64,000 nucleotides of DNA, taken from positions 72,852,001 to 72,916,000 of the forward strand of contig NW_024704743.1 in NCBI RefSeq assembly GCF_018977255.1, written 5' to 3'. The notes below the pieces were generated by a model. The model ran no database searches and was not told where the DNA came from. It saw only the letters and a list, made by a program, of their open reading frames with translations. This stretch comes from Callorhinchus milii. Taxonomy: Eukaryota. Positions 13,533 to 26,381 of the stretch are shown here, piece by piece (position 1 is the stretch's first letter; each line of letters opens with the position of its first letter). The translations under genes were made by a program, and so were the position numbers.

Positions 13533-13638
13533 CAAAACTAGACTAGGTGGCTCATGTGAAGAATATCAGTGCAGACATACACAGAAATCGCTGGGAACAC
13601 TCAGCAGGTCAGGCAGCATCTATGGAGAAAGGAAAATG

Positions 13639-13674
13639 AGTCAATGTTTCGGGTCACGACCCTTTGTCAGAACT
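13639..13674 (-). ncRNA. Minimal type I hammerhead ribozyme motif, degenerate
   Basis: Minus strand reads agtt-CTGACAA-a-gggtc-gt-gaccc-GAAA-catt-gact; CpG-decay form of CUGACGA...GAAACGUU. Confidence 0.6.
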
Positions 13675-13884
13675 GGGGCACGTTGGGAGGGAGAGGCTTT
13701 TAAGGACTAACAAAGAGAGGGGAGGCAGGGCAAGGAAGACAACGGAGAAAATGGGATAGAGGACAGGGGATGATGGGTTAAAGAGGTGTTAATGATACAA
13801 AACAAAAGGGGGATTGCAACAAAACAAGGGAATAGAGGTGCTAATACTGCAAAACAAAGGGAGGGTCTAAAGCCTTTCCTGCCC

Positions 13885-13921
13885 AGTTCTGATGAAGGGC
13901 TGTGGACCCGAAATGTTGACT
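13885..13921 (+). ncRNA. Minimal type I hammerhead ribozyme motif, degenerate
   Basis: agtt-CTGATGA-a-gggctgtggaccc-GAAA-tgtt-gact: intact CUGANGA and GAAA boxes, stem II ggg/ccc, stem I agtt/gact. Confidence 0.65.
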
Positions 13922-14370
13922 CACTTTCCTTTCTCCACAGAAGCTGCCTGACCTGTTGAGTGTTCCCCGCTACTTCTGTTTTTGTTTCAGATTTCCAGCA
14001 TCTGCAGTATTTTGTGTTTTGTGCACCCGTGTAGAATGATGGTCTGAATGGCCCACTTATGTGCTATAACATACTGTGTGTGCTTTTCAGATAGATTTTG
14101 TGTAGCTGTGAATTCAAACAAAATGAAATGGAAATCTGACTAAATACAGAATAGGACCAGGAGAGGCATGAGAGCAGGTTCACGCTTGACCTCTCAACAA
14201 CAATAAATCAAGGAACCTGAAATATGAGAAAAATATTTTTAACTGGTACAGCAGTTTTAAGGGGATTTAATAGTAAATTTCTATGGTTATTTTGCTGGTT
14301 TGTTCAACATTCTAAGCAGTTTCATTTGTGAGTTCAGATTTCATTTACGTCACCTAGAACTACAATGCAG

Positions 14371-14438
14371 CGACGTGGGGCTTGAACCCATAACCTTTTG
14401 ATTCAGAGGTGAGTGCTGCCACTGCGCCAGGCTGACAC
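14371..14438 (-). mobile_element. Family B SINE, tRNA head only
   Basis: Reverse complement gtgtcagcctggcgcagtggcagcactc...gggttcaagccccacgtcg contains the A and B boxes. Confidence 0.75.
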
Positions 14439-15389
14439 AGTTAGTGAGTACAGTTGATACAACTTGAAATTACACAAGAGTAGGGTTGTTCCAGGTCAAT
14501 ACAATGTAAGAAAGTTTAAGACTTTTGGAAAGAAAGAAAATATTGTACTGTATATGTTTGTCAGAGCTAAATCTCTTATCCAATAATCCTAAGTTATGTG
14601 AAGCAATTATTTTCCGTACTGCATATGCCAAACTATTTTTTTAAATATGAGTGGAAAATTAATCAAACTAAGAACGTCATTACAACATATTTCAATTTAA
14701 TGAGTTTTTCAAGTTACGGTCTGGGGAAAAAAATCTAAGGTGATATATATTATTGTTTCAAATAAAAGTTCTCACTGTCTACCAGTGAACTATCATCACA
14801 TTGACTTTATAGCTGACAGCTTGCATGCATATAAAGTGTTGCACTATTTTTTCCCCCTGAATACAGGGCACATAAGCCAGCCTCCAGCTGTGACTTCTTA
14901 CAAGTAGCACCTTGCAGGTTAAAACAATCCCTGAGGTTATCTAGATCTATTCATTACATTTCTGAATTACTGTTGTATCCTTCCTCCTGTCATGAAAGAT
15001 GAAACAGCCATGTCCATCTGCAGGCATCTGTTCAGTTATTTTACCGAACTGGCAGAACAATTATTTATGACTTGGTTTGGCTCAAAAATGAAATAGCCTC
15101 AGGGACTGAACCAGAGTTACTTAACCTCAGGAAAACACAGAACCCGAATACGTGTTGGTCAATGGAGCCATTCGAGGACAACTCTTTCCCCTCTCATGGC
15201 CATCACCAGAGTGGCCCAGCTGAAGGCGTGGTGACTCCCAGGGATCCTCCAAACACCAGGCCAAATGTAGGACATTAGAAGATATTTCTTCAAGATCCAA
15301 AATAATTTTTTCGAACAAGCAAACGCAAAATGTACTGTCCCTGAAGGTCGTAGATTGTGATTATACGGAATGGAGATACACCGGGACTC

Positions 15390-15605
15390 AAAGATCTGTC
15401 ATCACAAGATTAATTCAGATGAAAAAGGCCCTTTGGCTCATCTGATCTCATCTTTCCTGAATACCCACCCTACATCCTCCCTTCACAGCGTTAAGCTTTT
15501 TTAAAAGAAAAATCGATTCCACTGCCCTTCCTGGAAACCTGTTAGTTAGCCTCTGGGTAAAAACAATCCTGGTATATATCCTTAAATTAACCTTTGCAGC
15601 TCTAA
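15390..15605 (-). mobile_element. CR1 3' fragment
   Basis: cacaagattaattcagatgaaaaaggcccttt end shared with 5062 and 36195. Confidence 0.6.
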
Positions 15606-16907
15606 AAATAAATGATGGAACAGATTGGCTGAATACCTATGAATAGAAAGCCCAACCCCAGAGTTTCCTTGTACTTTAATTGAATAAGGTATGTATAATA
15701 TGGAATATGATCAACAACAAACAACAAATTACATTTGTATAGCGCCTTTCACAATCAGGCATGTATTATGGAAGCTATGTGCAATCGAATGAATTTTGGA
15801 GACTGCATTCCTTAATCATTTATCCTTGAAACAAATGTTATGGTTTTAATTAAGGATTAAGGCACTGCAGTGATATACACAGTTAATTATATGGTGTCAT
15901 TGGATCTATAACTGAGAACAACGGCATGTGATAGATGAGGGTAAAAGTACAAGCCTGTTCCAGTTTTCTGGCAGGGTGGCAGATGTCAGAGCACTGAATT
16001 ATGTTTAGATGCAGCGACTCAGAGGCAAAACCTGAGGAATTCAGCTTTCATCCTCTAGGTTTACAAGATGAAATGAGTAAATAAAGATAGTTAGTAAAAT
16101 GTGGCAGATTAAGCAGTAGACTGATTTATACCCTGATGCGAAGTGACATCCTTTGCATCATAGAAGTCATGGCATTACTTGTTTTCACTGGAGCCTGTGG
16201 GGTTACCGTGGAAACACACACCTATGGCGACTGTAACTGGTGACGTACATCTTATGTGTTGAGTGTAATTTACTTTTATTATTTGATCTAATGCCCACTT
16301 CTGGTTACAAATAATTTGAAAATGGATATCCGAGAAGCTGAGCATTGCAGCCTGATGCACAAATAGAGGATTACGTTTCTGGTACCACAATAGAACATCA
16401 TTACAGCAAGCTTCATTATGACATGGGCTAAATGTGAAGCACACAGAAAGTGACATCCACAGCAACCTAATAGCCCAAAAGTTGGCCAAAGCCAGCCAGT
16501 CTTATGGCGTGAACATGCAAGGCCAAGGATCACCCGCCTATAATACTTGCCGAATCTTATGGACTCTACTACCACATTATAATGGATCTCTACTATGCTA
16601 TGATCTTTCATTTGTGCCCTTTGGACTGCAAAACACAAGGTAAAGTTTGAGCAAGTTGCATTGGGTCAGATTGATTGGGATTTGTAGGGACTAATATTTA
16701 CGTAATTGTGGGTGAAATAATTTGATTAATTGCAGGAGATTATCTGATGATCAATGAGCAGTTGCTGTGGGGAACAGTGTTATTTGGGGGTGGGCCTAGA
16801 GGGATAGAAACCAGTGACAGAGAGTGGAGGAAATCACCAGGGCCAAGAAAAAACACAGGATGCCACAGAATTACATTGAAGAGCTTACATGGAAAAAAAT
16901 GGAATAT

Positions 16908-17303
16908 ATATAATAATTATATTTGGTATACAGCCTTTCACATCGGGAGGATGTCCCAAAGCATTTCACAAGTTATATTGCAAAGTGTGGTGACCGTGCG
17001 TTTTATAGGTGAGCCCAGTAGTTAATTTGTGGATGACCAATTTTATTAGGGGGATTGTTGGCCAGGACACCAGGAGAAATTCCTTTCCCTTTTTGATTAG
17101 TGCCACGGGATCTTTAACGTCCATCCGAACAGGCAGATGGAACCTCGGTTTATTGTCTCATCCAATGAATGGCACCTCCAATAATCGGGCATACCTCCAG
17201 CACTGCACTGGAGAGTCAGCCTAGACTATATAAGTTTCAAGAGACTTGAATCCACAACCTCTAACTCATAGACAAGAGTGATATCCACTGTGCAAGGCTG
17301 ACA
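16908..17303 (-). mobile_element. Family B Deu SINE
   Basis: Deu core (tagtgccacgggatctttaacgtccatccgaacaggcag) and head ending ggctgaca. Confidence 0.8.
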
Positions 17304-17704
17304 AATAGGGTTCAATGGAGGAGACTCACTTTTATCACGGTGCAAAGCGTTATTTATACTACTATTTTCTTGACTATTGCTTTTTCCTACACTATCATCC
17401 ATGTTGCTGCAATCAAACGATGAGCTGAGAAGGGGCTTACAAATGTTAACAAAAGGTAAAAGTAAAGTTATGCACATTGCAGCAGGAAACATCAATCTTG
17501 CACACCTGGTGAAAGTATATTTCAGTAGTAAATGGGGGGGGGGGAAGGCATTAGGGGAGATTAATCACTGAAAGTAATGTAAAGTGCTTAACAAAAACAG
17601 CAATGGTATGCAACTATCATTTAAAACAAGTTAGCCTAACAGGCGGCAGCACTGCAATATCAGAGATACGTCCTTCAGATAAGATGTTTGCAAAGATTTA
17701 CAAA

Positions 17705-18450
17705 AAATGTACAGGGTGGAAACAGGCTAGTCAGCCCAACTAGTTAGTGCCAGTGTTTGTATTCCACAAGAGTCATCATCACTCATTCCTTACTCCCTCC
17801 CATTCCCCTCTCCCTCAACAACAATACATTACATTTATGTAGCACCTTTCACAACAGAAATCGTCTACATTATATGATTCAATCACCTCTTCAGGCAGCG
17901 AGTTCCACAATCTCATTACCCACATGAAGTACTTTCTCCTAAATTCTCTTTTAGAGTCTTTTTTAAGTCCCCTAGTCAGTAACGTACATTTGTGTCCCGA
18001 GATTATATTCAGCACCTTGAGATTTCCTCCCTATGTGAAAGGTGCTTTACAAATGTAATTTTTGTTGTTGTTCTTTGTTGAGCCAGTGGAAACAGCCAAT
18101 GTGGGTTAACCTCATCAAACCCTTTTATAATTTTAAACACTTCTATGAAGTTCCCACCCCCCACCACGCCCTCTTAAATATCACTTCTCTGCAAAAAAAG
18201 GCTTAACCGATACAGTCTAACCTGCCAGGTATTATCCTTGTAAATCTACGCTGTACTCGTTCCATCAATGCTATATTCTTCCTATAGTGCGGAGACCAGA
18301 ATTGGGCACAGTACTCCAAATGTGTCAAACCAAGTTTTTATATAAATTAAATATCACCTCCTCACTATTATATTCTGTGCCTCTGGATATAAAGCCCAAG
18401 ACCCCATTGGCCTTTCTTTAACCTTATCTACCCAGGTAGCTATTTTTTGA
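17705..18450 (-). mobile_element. Decayed CR1, interrupted by two short L2-tail inserts (about 17816-17860 and 18010-18072)
   Basis: ORF 17815-18015 has REFRRKYF..VMRLWNSLPEEVIES; gaccagaattgggcacagtactcca is the reverse complement of the LEYCAQFWS motif. Confidence 0.8.
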
Positions 18451-20384
18451 ATTGCCCCATGCCTGCCGGTTGCAAAACAAGCAGAGACCAGGGGTGGGCT
18501 GCTTGGCCACAGGTGATGCATGTCCAGCAAACCAAGAGGACTAGCAAAGAGAAATTCACAATCAGATTTTAGTTTAGAAAGATCCTAAACATCTGAAGGG
18601 TTTAAGGAACTATTTCCTAAAACGCCGAGTTTCAATCTTACTGTGTATTTTGTGGAAATGATGCAGTCAGGATTGGTATTGAAATTCAGTTATCAATAAG
18701 GTAAGATAACATGAGAACATGATATTTTTAGATCCCTCTGCGAAGGCTGCTGCTTTTCTTCAGCTGCCATTAAATGACAACACAAAAGGCCCTGTAGATC
18801 AGAATAGAGATACAAGCATGGATAGGATGTCATAAAAAACATATTTGTAAGATGGTGAGTTACAAGGGAATTTGTCATCCTTCCAAACAATAGAGTCAAA
18901 GATGGATAGTGGTGAAATTAGGAGTTTAGATGATTGCTTTGGAGCCAACATGCCTTGTGCCCAAGCGTCTATATACGAAGATATCCAGCAAGGGATACAG
19001 CGAAATCCCTTGCTGCTTATTCTGATGTGATGCTCCAAAAGAATACAAAACCTACTCTGTTTTCTCACAAATATACAAAACTGTTTGGCATGCATTGAAT
19101 TTACTAGCATTTCATTTATTAGCATAGTATTAGATGTAATTCATTTATTGCTGCAACACACAGTGAATTAGTGTGTTATCAGCAATAACAGTTTGAATGA
19201 TTCAGATAATGACTTGTATTTTTTATAAGTTTTCACACCAAACTTATGTTTCCTGCCATTCTTTTTCGTAGACAATCTAACAAATATATCCTCCTCCAAT
19301 TCCCATCATCAAACTCATGCATGGAAGCCCTGGAAATCTTAGTTAACTTTGCATAGGGCTAGATATAAAATAACTTGAAGTTGAAATGTTTCAATAATGT
19401 GACCAATATCTTCAAAACGGGAGATGGCATTTTAAAAGAAAATCTTGGATTTAATTTGTTTTACTTTAATATATGTAGTTTCCTTTGATTCAAAAAAACT
19501 AAATCTTTCATTATCTTCAAAGAGTAGGGAGTGCAGAAAATTATGGACAATAGGAGATTAATAATTTTATTAATTCACTTTCACAGTTATTGCATAATTT
19601 TCAAAGGCCCATGACAAGTACAAGTAATTTAACAATCTTGTTCTTATGAAACTAAAAGCATTTATTCAGTAGTGTGTCCTCCAGCTAACTTTGATTACTG
19701 TCACACCTCAAAGTATAACCCCCAAAATGCTTTTCAGAAAGGCATTTTAAAACTGAAACCTAGGTTATATTTATTTTAATTATTCTTAGTTACAAATCCC
19801 ACAGTCTTATTGACAGTGTTTTAAAGAACACGTTTTCAATTTCACCCACATCACGCAGCCAATGTCAAAGATCGAAACAGGTCACAATTGAAAATGATTA
19901 TTCACAAAGATGCTTTTCTGATTTAATCAAATCTCTTAATTCAGTGATCTAACTACCCATCCCCAACGCCCCCACCCCCATTCCACCTAAATGTAATCCA
20001 ATAAAAGACTTTGGATACAGCATATTTTAGAAATCCCTTGTGTCATATGCAACAGTGCTCAGAAGATTCCTCTGATAGAAAATATAACTAGATTGATCTC
20101 ATTTTTGCATGTGCAGACATAAGCCTCACAGCTGCTAAACAGCCCTCGAGCTCTGTGGTAGCATTGTGCTGAAATTGCCTTCCTGACCTTTACAGTACAA
20201 TAAAAGTGAAGCTGCTGAATGACTTAGAGAAACTTCAATGTTAAAGGTGCTACAAATGCAAGACAAGTTTGGAACTGGACCCATAATAAGAACATCTAGA
20301 GGTAGCAGATTTTGTTCATCTATAAAATATTCACTATGAGGGATTCTTCAGTCGGTTGTCAAGATACGTCAACACATGGCATAC

Positions 20385-20615
20385 AAAGAGGTTGTTTCAT
20401 TGCACAATTAAGAATATTTAATCAAATAAGACGTTAAACTGAGTTCCATCTGTCTTTTCAGGTGGACATTAAAGATCCCATGGCACTATTCAAAAACAGA
20501 AGGGAGTTTGAAATGCACAGTCACTCCATTTTACAGTGAATCCTGTGAAGCAATGTGAGATGTCCTCCCAATGTGATAGGCACTCTACCAAATACAAGGG
20601 TTATTATGGGTTATT
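20385..20615 (+). mobile_element. Family B SINE, partial
   Basis: ttcaggtggacattaaagatcccatggcactatt core plus decayed tail. Confidence 0.7.
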
Positions 20616-21289
20616 GAAAAATAGCACAGATAATATTTTCCAACTATGGTAAAGCATAGAAAATTGTGCCCCTTTTTCAATGGGACAACAGGAATATGAA
20701 TCCTTTAGCAGCAGGTGCATCCTCCAACATAGAGTTTGAATGATAATAATCATTTTAGTTGCTAATGAGTCTTACTTTTAATTTTAATTATCACAGATAT
20801 AATACTATTTATATCTAAATAGTATTTCAACTAAAACTCTTCTTTTCTACAAGAGGAAACCTCTTGGATGTTATCAACCGCAATACATTTTTGACCATTT
20901 TAGGCTCTGCTGGGTAGAATCCAACTTACCAATTCTAAATACAATAAGCCCTGATCTGAAAACTCAGGATTTATCCTGAATGCTTTTATAAAAGAATAGG
21001 AGGAAAAACTGAAGGCCAATTCTTTGTAACCACTTGCACATTTTTTAAATCCAGTTATACAACACTTTCAGTATTGGTTCAATGGGATTTCAATATCAAA
21101 TATACATTAAAAATACAATATAGCAGCTGACAGAAGAACAGATGCTATTTTAATTTTGAGTTCTCCCTGAGAAACCAGCTACACAATTAATTTTAAAGAC
21201 GTCACATAATGCAACATACTCTTTAAGGAACTACTGCGAAAGCATGGCTTTGAAGAGGGGTGATCTGAATTTATTATCCCTCGAGGAGG

Positions 21290-21625
21290 CCATTAGGCCC
21301 ATCAAGTTTAGCAGCTGCTAGCTCCTCCAATGGGCCAACTATTCCCTGCTCCATCTCCATAACCTTTTTGATTACTTATCTTCAAATGTTTATCCAACTC
21401 CCCTGTAAAATATGGTAAGATATCAGTCTCAACAACTACTTTTGGTAAAGCATTCCACGTTCGATCAATCCTCTTGGTGAATGTTTTTTCTAACAGCCCC
21501 CTCAACTCTTCCAGTGTCAAACCTGAATTTATGTCCCCTAGTTACTGAATTATTACTAATGTTTTGAATTTTAAAGACCTCTATTAATCTCCTAACTTTC
21601 CCTGTTCCAGTAAAAGCATCCCCCA
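21290..21625 (-). mobile_element. CR1 3' fragment
   Basis: ORF 21308-21520 has FTKRIDRTWNALPKVVVET...FTGELDKHL, the CR1 ORF2 C-terminus. Confidence 0.75.
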
Positions 21626-21631
21626 CATTGT

Positions 21632-21904
21632 ATTAATAACAATCCTTACATTTGGTGAATGACTAATTTTATCTGTGGGTTGTTGACCAGGATACCAGAA
21701 GCTTCCTTTATCAAATAATATCATGTGATGTTTAACAGCCACCTGAACTAGCCTTTGTTTAACATCTCACCTGAATAACCAGACCACTGACAGTATTGCA
21801 CTGGAATGTCATCTCAGACATTGAGCTGAAAGTCCGGACGTGGGGCTTGAACCCAAAACTTTCTTAATCAGAGGCGAGAGTGTTACTCACTGAGACAGGC
21901 TCAC
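21632..21904 (-). mobile_element. Family B SINE with internal deletion
   Basis: Head reverse complement gtggggcttgaaccc...gaggcgagagtg; Deu core remnants. Confidence 0.75.
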
Positions 21905-22819
21905 CCTTTATTTAAACCGTGCTTTGGAGAAAGGACATTAGTAGGTCATAGTTTAAAGAACAAACATATATGGGGGTTGGAGGAAGAGAAGGAAGAGGAG
22001 ATGGAGAAAGAAAAGGAAAGCTACTGTAATATTTTCTTCTTCAGAAATCGTATTGCATGAATAATTGTTCCCAATACAACACTACTTAGTGAGACTGCAA
22101 TAAATACAGAAACCCTTGAGGCACATCATAATCCACTTTGCAGTAAAAACTATCTGTGGGTAGCTGCAGCCATTTGTAAGACCTCTTTACTCTGCATTTT
22201 GAATCAAGAAGTTGAAGGTTACAAAGGTTAGAGTGTGTTTGCTGTGAAAACAATGGAGCTGGACTGTAAAACTCTTCCAATAGAACTGCAGTTTTCAATA
22301 AAAACAAAAAATGTATTCATATTGTCAGAGTAATCCCTGATGCCCAGTGGATAAGATTTACCAGGCAACAGAATATATTAGCAAGATAGTTATCTAATCC
22401 TTTTAGAGCTTTCATTTAGTGATCAGACAACTCATTCGGTTTTAATTTAGAGTTTGACAATGAATAGAAAGGCAATGAACATTTTGTGTGGTCTACATAA
22501 AAGCAAGCAGCCCTGCTTCTTATGTTCAAGGTTAAAAACTGAGGGACCAACAGAGTTGAATTAAGAGGGGAATATTATCAACCCAATCTCTCTAAATGGT
22601 AAAATGGGGATAATAATATAATAATAATAATCCTTGCATTCTAATATAGCACTTTATCATGTCAGTCCTTCCAGCAAATCCCTTGCCAGAAGGACTGGCT
22701 TTTATTGTTGGCCAAAAGCAGAAGGGTTTGTTTAAATGAATGTAGCAATATTATCTGACTTTTGTTGGTGTGGGGTAGTCACCTGGTATCTGATCCATGT
22801 GAAAACGATCATTATGCTT

Positions 22820-23165
22820 AATAATAATAATAGATCCTTGCATTTAAATCGATACCTTAAACATTGTGAGGATGTCTCAAAACGTTTCACAGGAATTACT
22901 GTGAATAATAATAATACTTGCATTTGATATGGCGCCTTATCACAACATTAAGAGGTCTCAAAATGCTTCACAGAATATATTGTAAAATGGATTGACGTGT
23001 ATTTTGTTGCCGAAAGTATTTTGTTGGCAAACGTGGCAGCCAATTTCTGCACATCAATGTCCCACAAACAGCCCTGACCAATTTTATCTGGAGGACTGTT
23101 AATTAGGACATCGGGAGAAACCACCTTCTCTTTTCAAATAGTGTCTGAATAGGCAGACATCTCCA
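22820..23165 (-). mobile_element. Two stacked SINE 3' portions
   Basis: Two consecutive (TAA)n-cttgcattt tails at about 22820 and 22905, followed by a Deu segment. Confidence 0.7.
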
Positions 23166-23728
23166 AAGCACACTACAGAGAATCAAACAAATGCATGGTT
23201 TCAATTTGTCTGATATGGAGTGAGTGCACACTCTCTCCCTGGAGGGACACATCAGCTTGCCTACCCTGATGAGTTTAGGCACAATTTACCATGCACTAAC
23301 ATTTGGGAACCTCAGAGTTTATACTGGGGTCATTCTGGAATTTAATCAGCTAAAACTGTGAACGCTAACAAGATTCCTGCTGCTTGTCCAGCTGGTTTAC
23401 TCAAGCATAAGGCTGGCAACGTAGAGCAGTGCAAAATGTATCAAAGCACATCCCAGAGGGTACGTTATTGGAACAATTTAGCCTTTGAAATATAGTGACA
23501 TACAGAAAATAAAGAAAATAAAATATGTAGACTGTGAATCTTAGCTAAAAACTAAGAATCTGGAAAAAATGCTGTTAGTTTATCCGCAGAAAGTTCATCA
23601 ATGAAAGAGGAAGATAAACATTTGAAGTCTCTTGGAAGGATGTGGTAAAGCCATTGAAGTGTAAGTCCCTATCAAATATATTTGACATACTATTTGCATC
23701 TCTTATGGCAACAAGTCCAAGATATTTA

Positions 23729-23953
23729 GGGGCAGAAATTCCATCTGGGTCCAGAATTACTCTATTTATGTAGCAGTTCAGTGGATCCAGAATTTGACAA
23801 ATCCTTAAATTTAGCTTTAATTGTGAAGCTTTTAATCTGTAAATTCTTTTGCAGAAAAATTCAGACTGAATTCAACACTTTGGCAAATTTTGGATGCTCC
23901 GAAATGGTACATAAATGGATTAAATCTAAACGCAGGTGGATTTTTTTTCTCCC
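23729..23953. mobile_element. Palindromic MITE-like element (possibly PIF/Harbinger type)
   Basis: Left arm ...atttatgtagcagttcagtggatccagaatttgacaaa matches the reverse complement of the right arm (atttatgtaccatttcggagcatccaaaatttgccaaa); ends GGGG...CCC; flanks TTA and TGA. Confidence 0.65.
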
Positions 23954-24825
23954 TGAATTAGAGATTGTTAAAGATGCAGTCTATCAAGGTGGACATTAAA
24001 TATCCCATTGGACTATGAAAAAGTGAAGAGTGTTTCTCCTGTTGTTCTGATGAATAATCCTCCAGATATAACTGGGCATTTATTTGAGATCTGTCTGTGG
24101 GACTTTGCTGTGCAGAAACTGGCTACAGTGTTTGCCTACAAAATACATTGTCACTATACTTGACATTCAACATTTCTTTGATAACACATTACATGAAATG
24201 TGAGGATTGTTATCGTATAGTACTGATTCTTACAAATATTCAAACCAATCAAAAGCTAATCCAAAATTAAAAGATTTGCTTTAATGAAATTTGATTAAAT
24301 GCTCAGTAATTCTCTTGGATGTCCTTGGGTAAATTTAAGAAGGAAATTTTTGCATCTTCCTGCATTGGGTCACCACATTTCTCCCCATCTGACAATCTGA
24401 GTGAAAGCAATATCTGTGGATGAGAGACCATTAAGTGAAGCATAACTGAAAAGTCACGTCATGCTTGGGGGATATGCTTCGCACCACAGCTTTGCTTGGT
24501 GTATAAGCAGCTTCGAAACGCAAGGAGAATACACTTCAGCAATGTTAAATTCTGCTCGTAAATCTAACCTGAATTTCTGATTAGTGCAGCGCAATATTGG
24601 ACATGCAAGGTCATTGAGGCAAGGGAAGAACAGTAACTTATAAAACTAGTGAAGCCTGGTATTGAGCAGTGTTACACTTTTAGCAATTTTAAAGATTGTT
24701 TGTAAGCAATAAAATACAATGAAACATCAAAACACTACCAATAGAAAAAATCTGCATTATTGTTTCTGGCTGTGATTTCCAAAACAGTCAGAAAAAAACA
24801 GTCAGATCAATAACCGCAATGCAGA

Positions 24826-25170
24826 GTGTCAGGTTGATAGCATTTTCGTCACTGGGTCAGACATTTGTGGTTTAAAGCCCAATGTGTGAACTTCAGTTCA
24901 TAGATCAGGCTCACACTCCAATGTAGACCTGAATGAGTACTATATTGTCAGAGGTGACATCTTTTGAATGAGACAAGATACCAGGTAGACACAACTGAGA
25001 CTGTGACACTATTTGAAAAGAAATAGGAGTTTCTTCTGATATTCTGGCCAACATTGCTTCAGATTAATTGACAACACTTCATGGCTATTTGTGAGATCTG
25101 ATTTGTGAAGAGAGCTGCCCTGTTTATTTACAAGTATAGTTACTACACTCAACAGCAACTACTTGTAGAG
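24826..25170 (+). mobile_element. Old family B SINE
   Basis: Decayed head gtgtcaggttgatagcattttcgtcactgggtcag and Deu core remnants. Confidence 0.6.
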
Positions 25171-25262
25171 TACTTGCAATTATTTTAAAAGTGCTTTTGA
25201 GAGTTGACACAGTAAAGCACGCAAAAAAAAAATTTAGCACCAAGGAAGCACTGGGTAAAATG

Positions 25263-25490
25263 TATAATAATAATACTTACATTTGATACAGCACCTTTCA
25301 CGTCAGGAGGACATCCCAAAGTGCTTTGCAAGCTATATTGTAAAGGGAGTGACTATAATTTGTGGGTGAACATGACAACCAAATTGTGTACGGCAATGTC
25401 CTACAAGCAGTCACAGTGTGATTAACAAATTTTATTTGGGGTATTGTTGGCCAGGACACGGAAATTCCCTTCTCTTTTTGAACAGTGCAT
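25263..25490 (-). mobile_element. Deu SINE 3' half
   Basis: Tail hairpin (cacctttcacgtcaggaggacatcccaaagtgct) plus ttgttggccaggacac. Confidence 0.7.
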
Positions 25491-26083
25491 ATGATTTACA
25501 CTATGATCTACACACAAGATTAAATTAAAAATAAATTTATGAAGAAAATAAATGGGAACATCAGGCCTGCGACCTCAATGTTCCTGATCTTATTTTTAAC
25601 TTGGCTCTTAAGTTCCTTCTATGTTTCAAGATCAATAAGACATTGGTGCCCTTGCAACTTCCTGCTTCTCTACTGTGAGAACTCATAGATGATTTTTCCA
25701 CTGTTTAATTTAGATTTGCTCTGCTTTGGTTCAGATTAGTAAACAATGCTAACAAAATAAGAATCGGAACAAAAGTGAATATAATCTTTCTGAAAAGCTT
25801 ACATACACCACTTTACTTTTAAATATTCTGAAACACAAAGGTTATATTTTTAGACATACATACTTTAGTGTTATTATTGCTCATCACATCTCCATTCCCC
25901 GACAAAAACTACCACTGTATTGAGAGATGCAATACAATGATCTCATGATCATTCTAGCAACTGTCAAAATAGCATGTACTGAGGAATTGGTATAACAGTT
26001 ATGCAGCAACAGCAGCTAAAAAAATGAAGGTTAATCTCATTATAATGTGGTTTCCCAGGTCCTGTCACAGCATTCATGTCATA

Positions 26084-26381
26084 GAGGACCCAGGTTCGAT
26101 TCCCGGGTACGGCAAAATCTTAGGCAAATTTCCTTATTCCACACACCTCTATTTAGCTAGCAGTAAATTGGAGCCCGGTTGTTAGTCATTTGGCGGATCG
26201 CGTTCTGGAGGTAATGATCCCTTCAAAAAAAAAATTGGTCACTGTTTGTGGGCCAATTGATCTCTGTGTTTCGCCCACAAAATATACAGTCAATTCAATT
26301 TACAGTATATTCTATGAAACGCTTTGAGACATCTCAATGACATGATAAGACTCTATATCAAATGCAAGGATTATTACTATT
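26084..26381 (+). mobile_element. Family A SINE, long variant
   Basis: B box ggttcgattccc; ctagcagtaaattggagcccggttgttagtc segment; tail tatcaaatgcaaggattattactat. Confidence 0.8.

Larger units (their letters stand above)
13581..14022. mobile_element. Penelope-like element remnant with inverted terminal repeats (pseudo-LTRs)
   Basis: 13581-13678 is the reverse complement of about 13882-13979 (gctgcctgacctg(c/t)tgagtgttccc); both arms carry a hammerhead-like core; purine-rich spacer. Confidence 0.75.

Noticed and set aside
15072..15318. GC-richer ORFs on both strands
   Set aside because: The frames I translated give no recognisable protein and no consistent splice signals
16340..16643. Coding exon ending at AAG|GTAAAG
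   Set aside because: In-frame stop upstream, no good acceptor and no recognisable protein similarity
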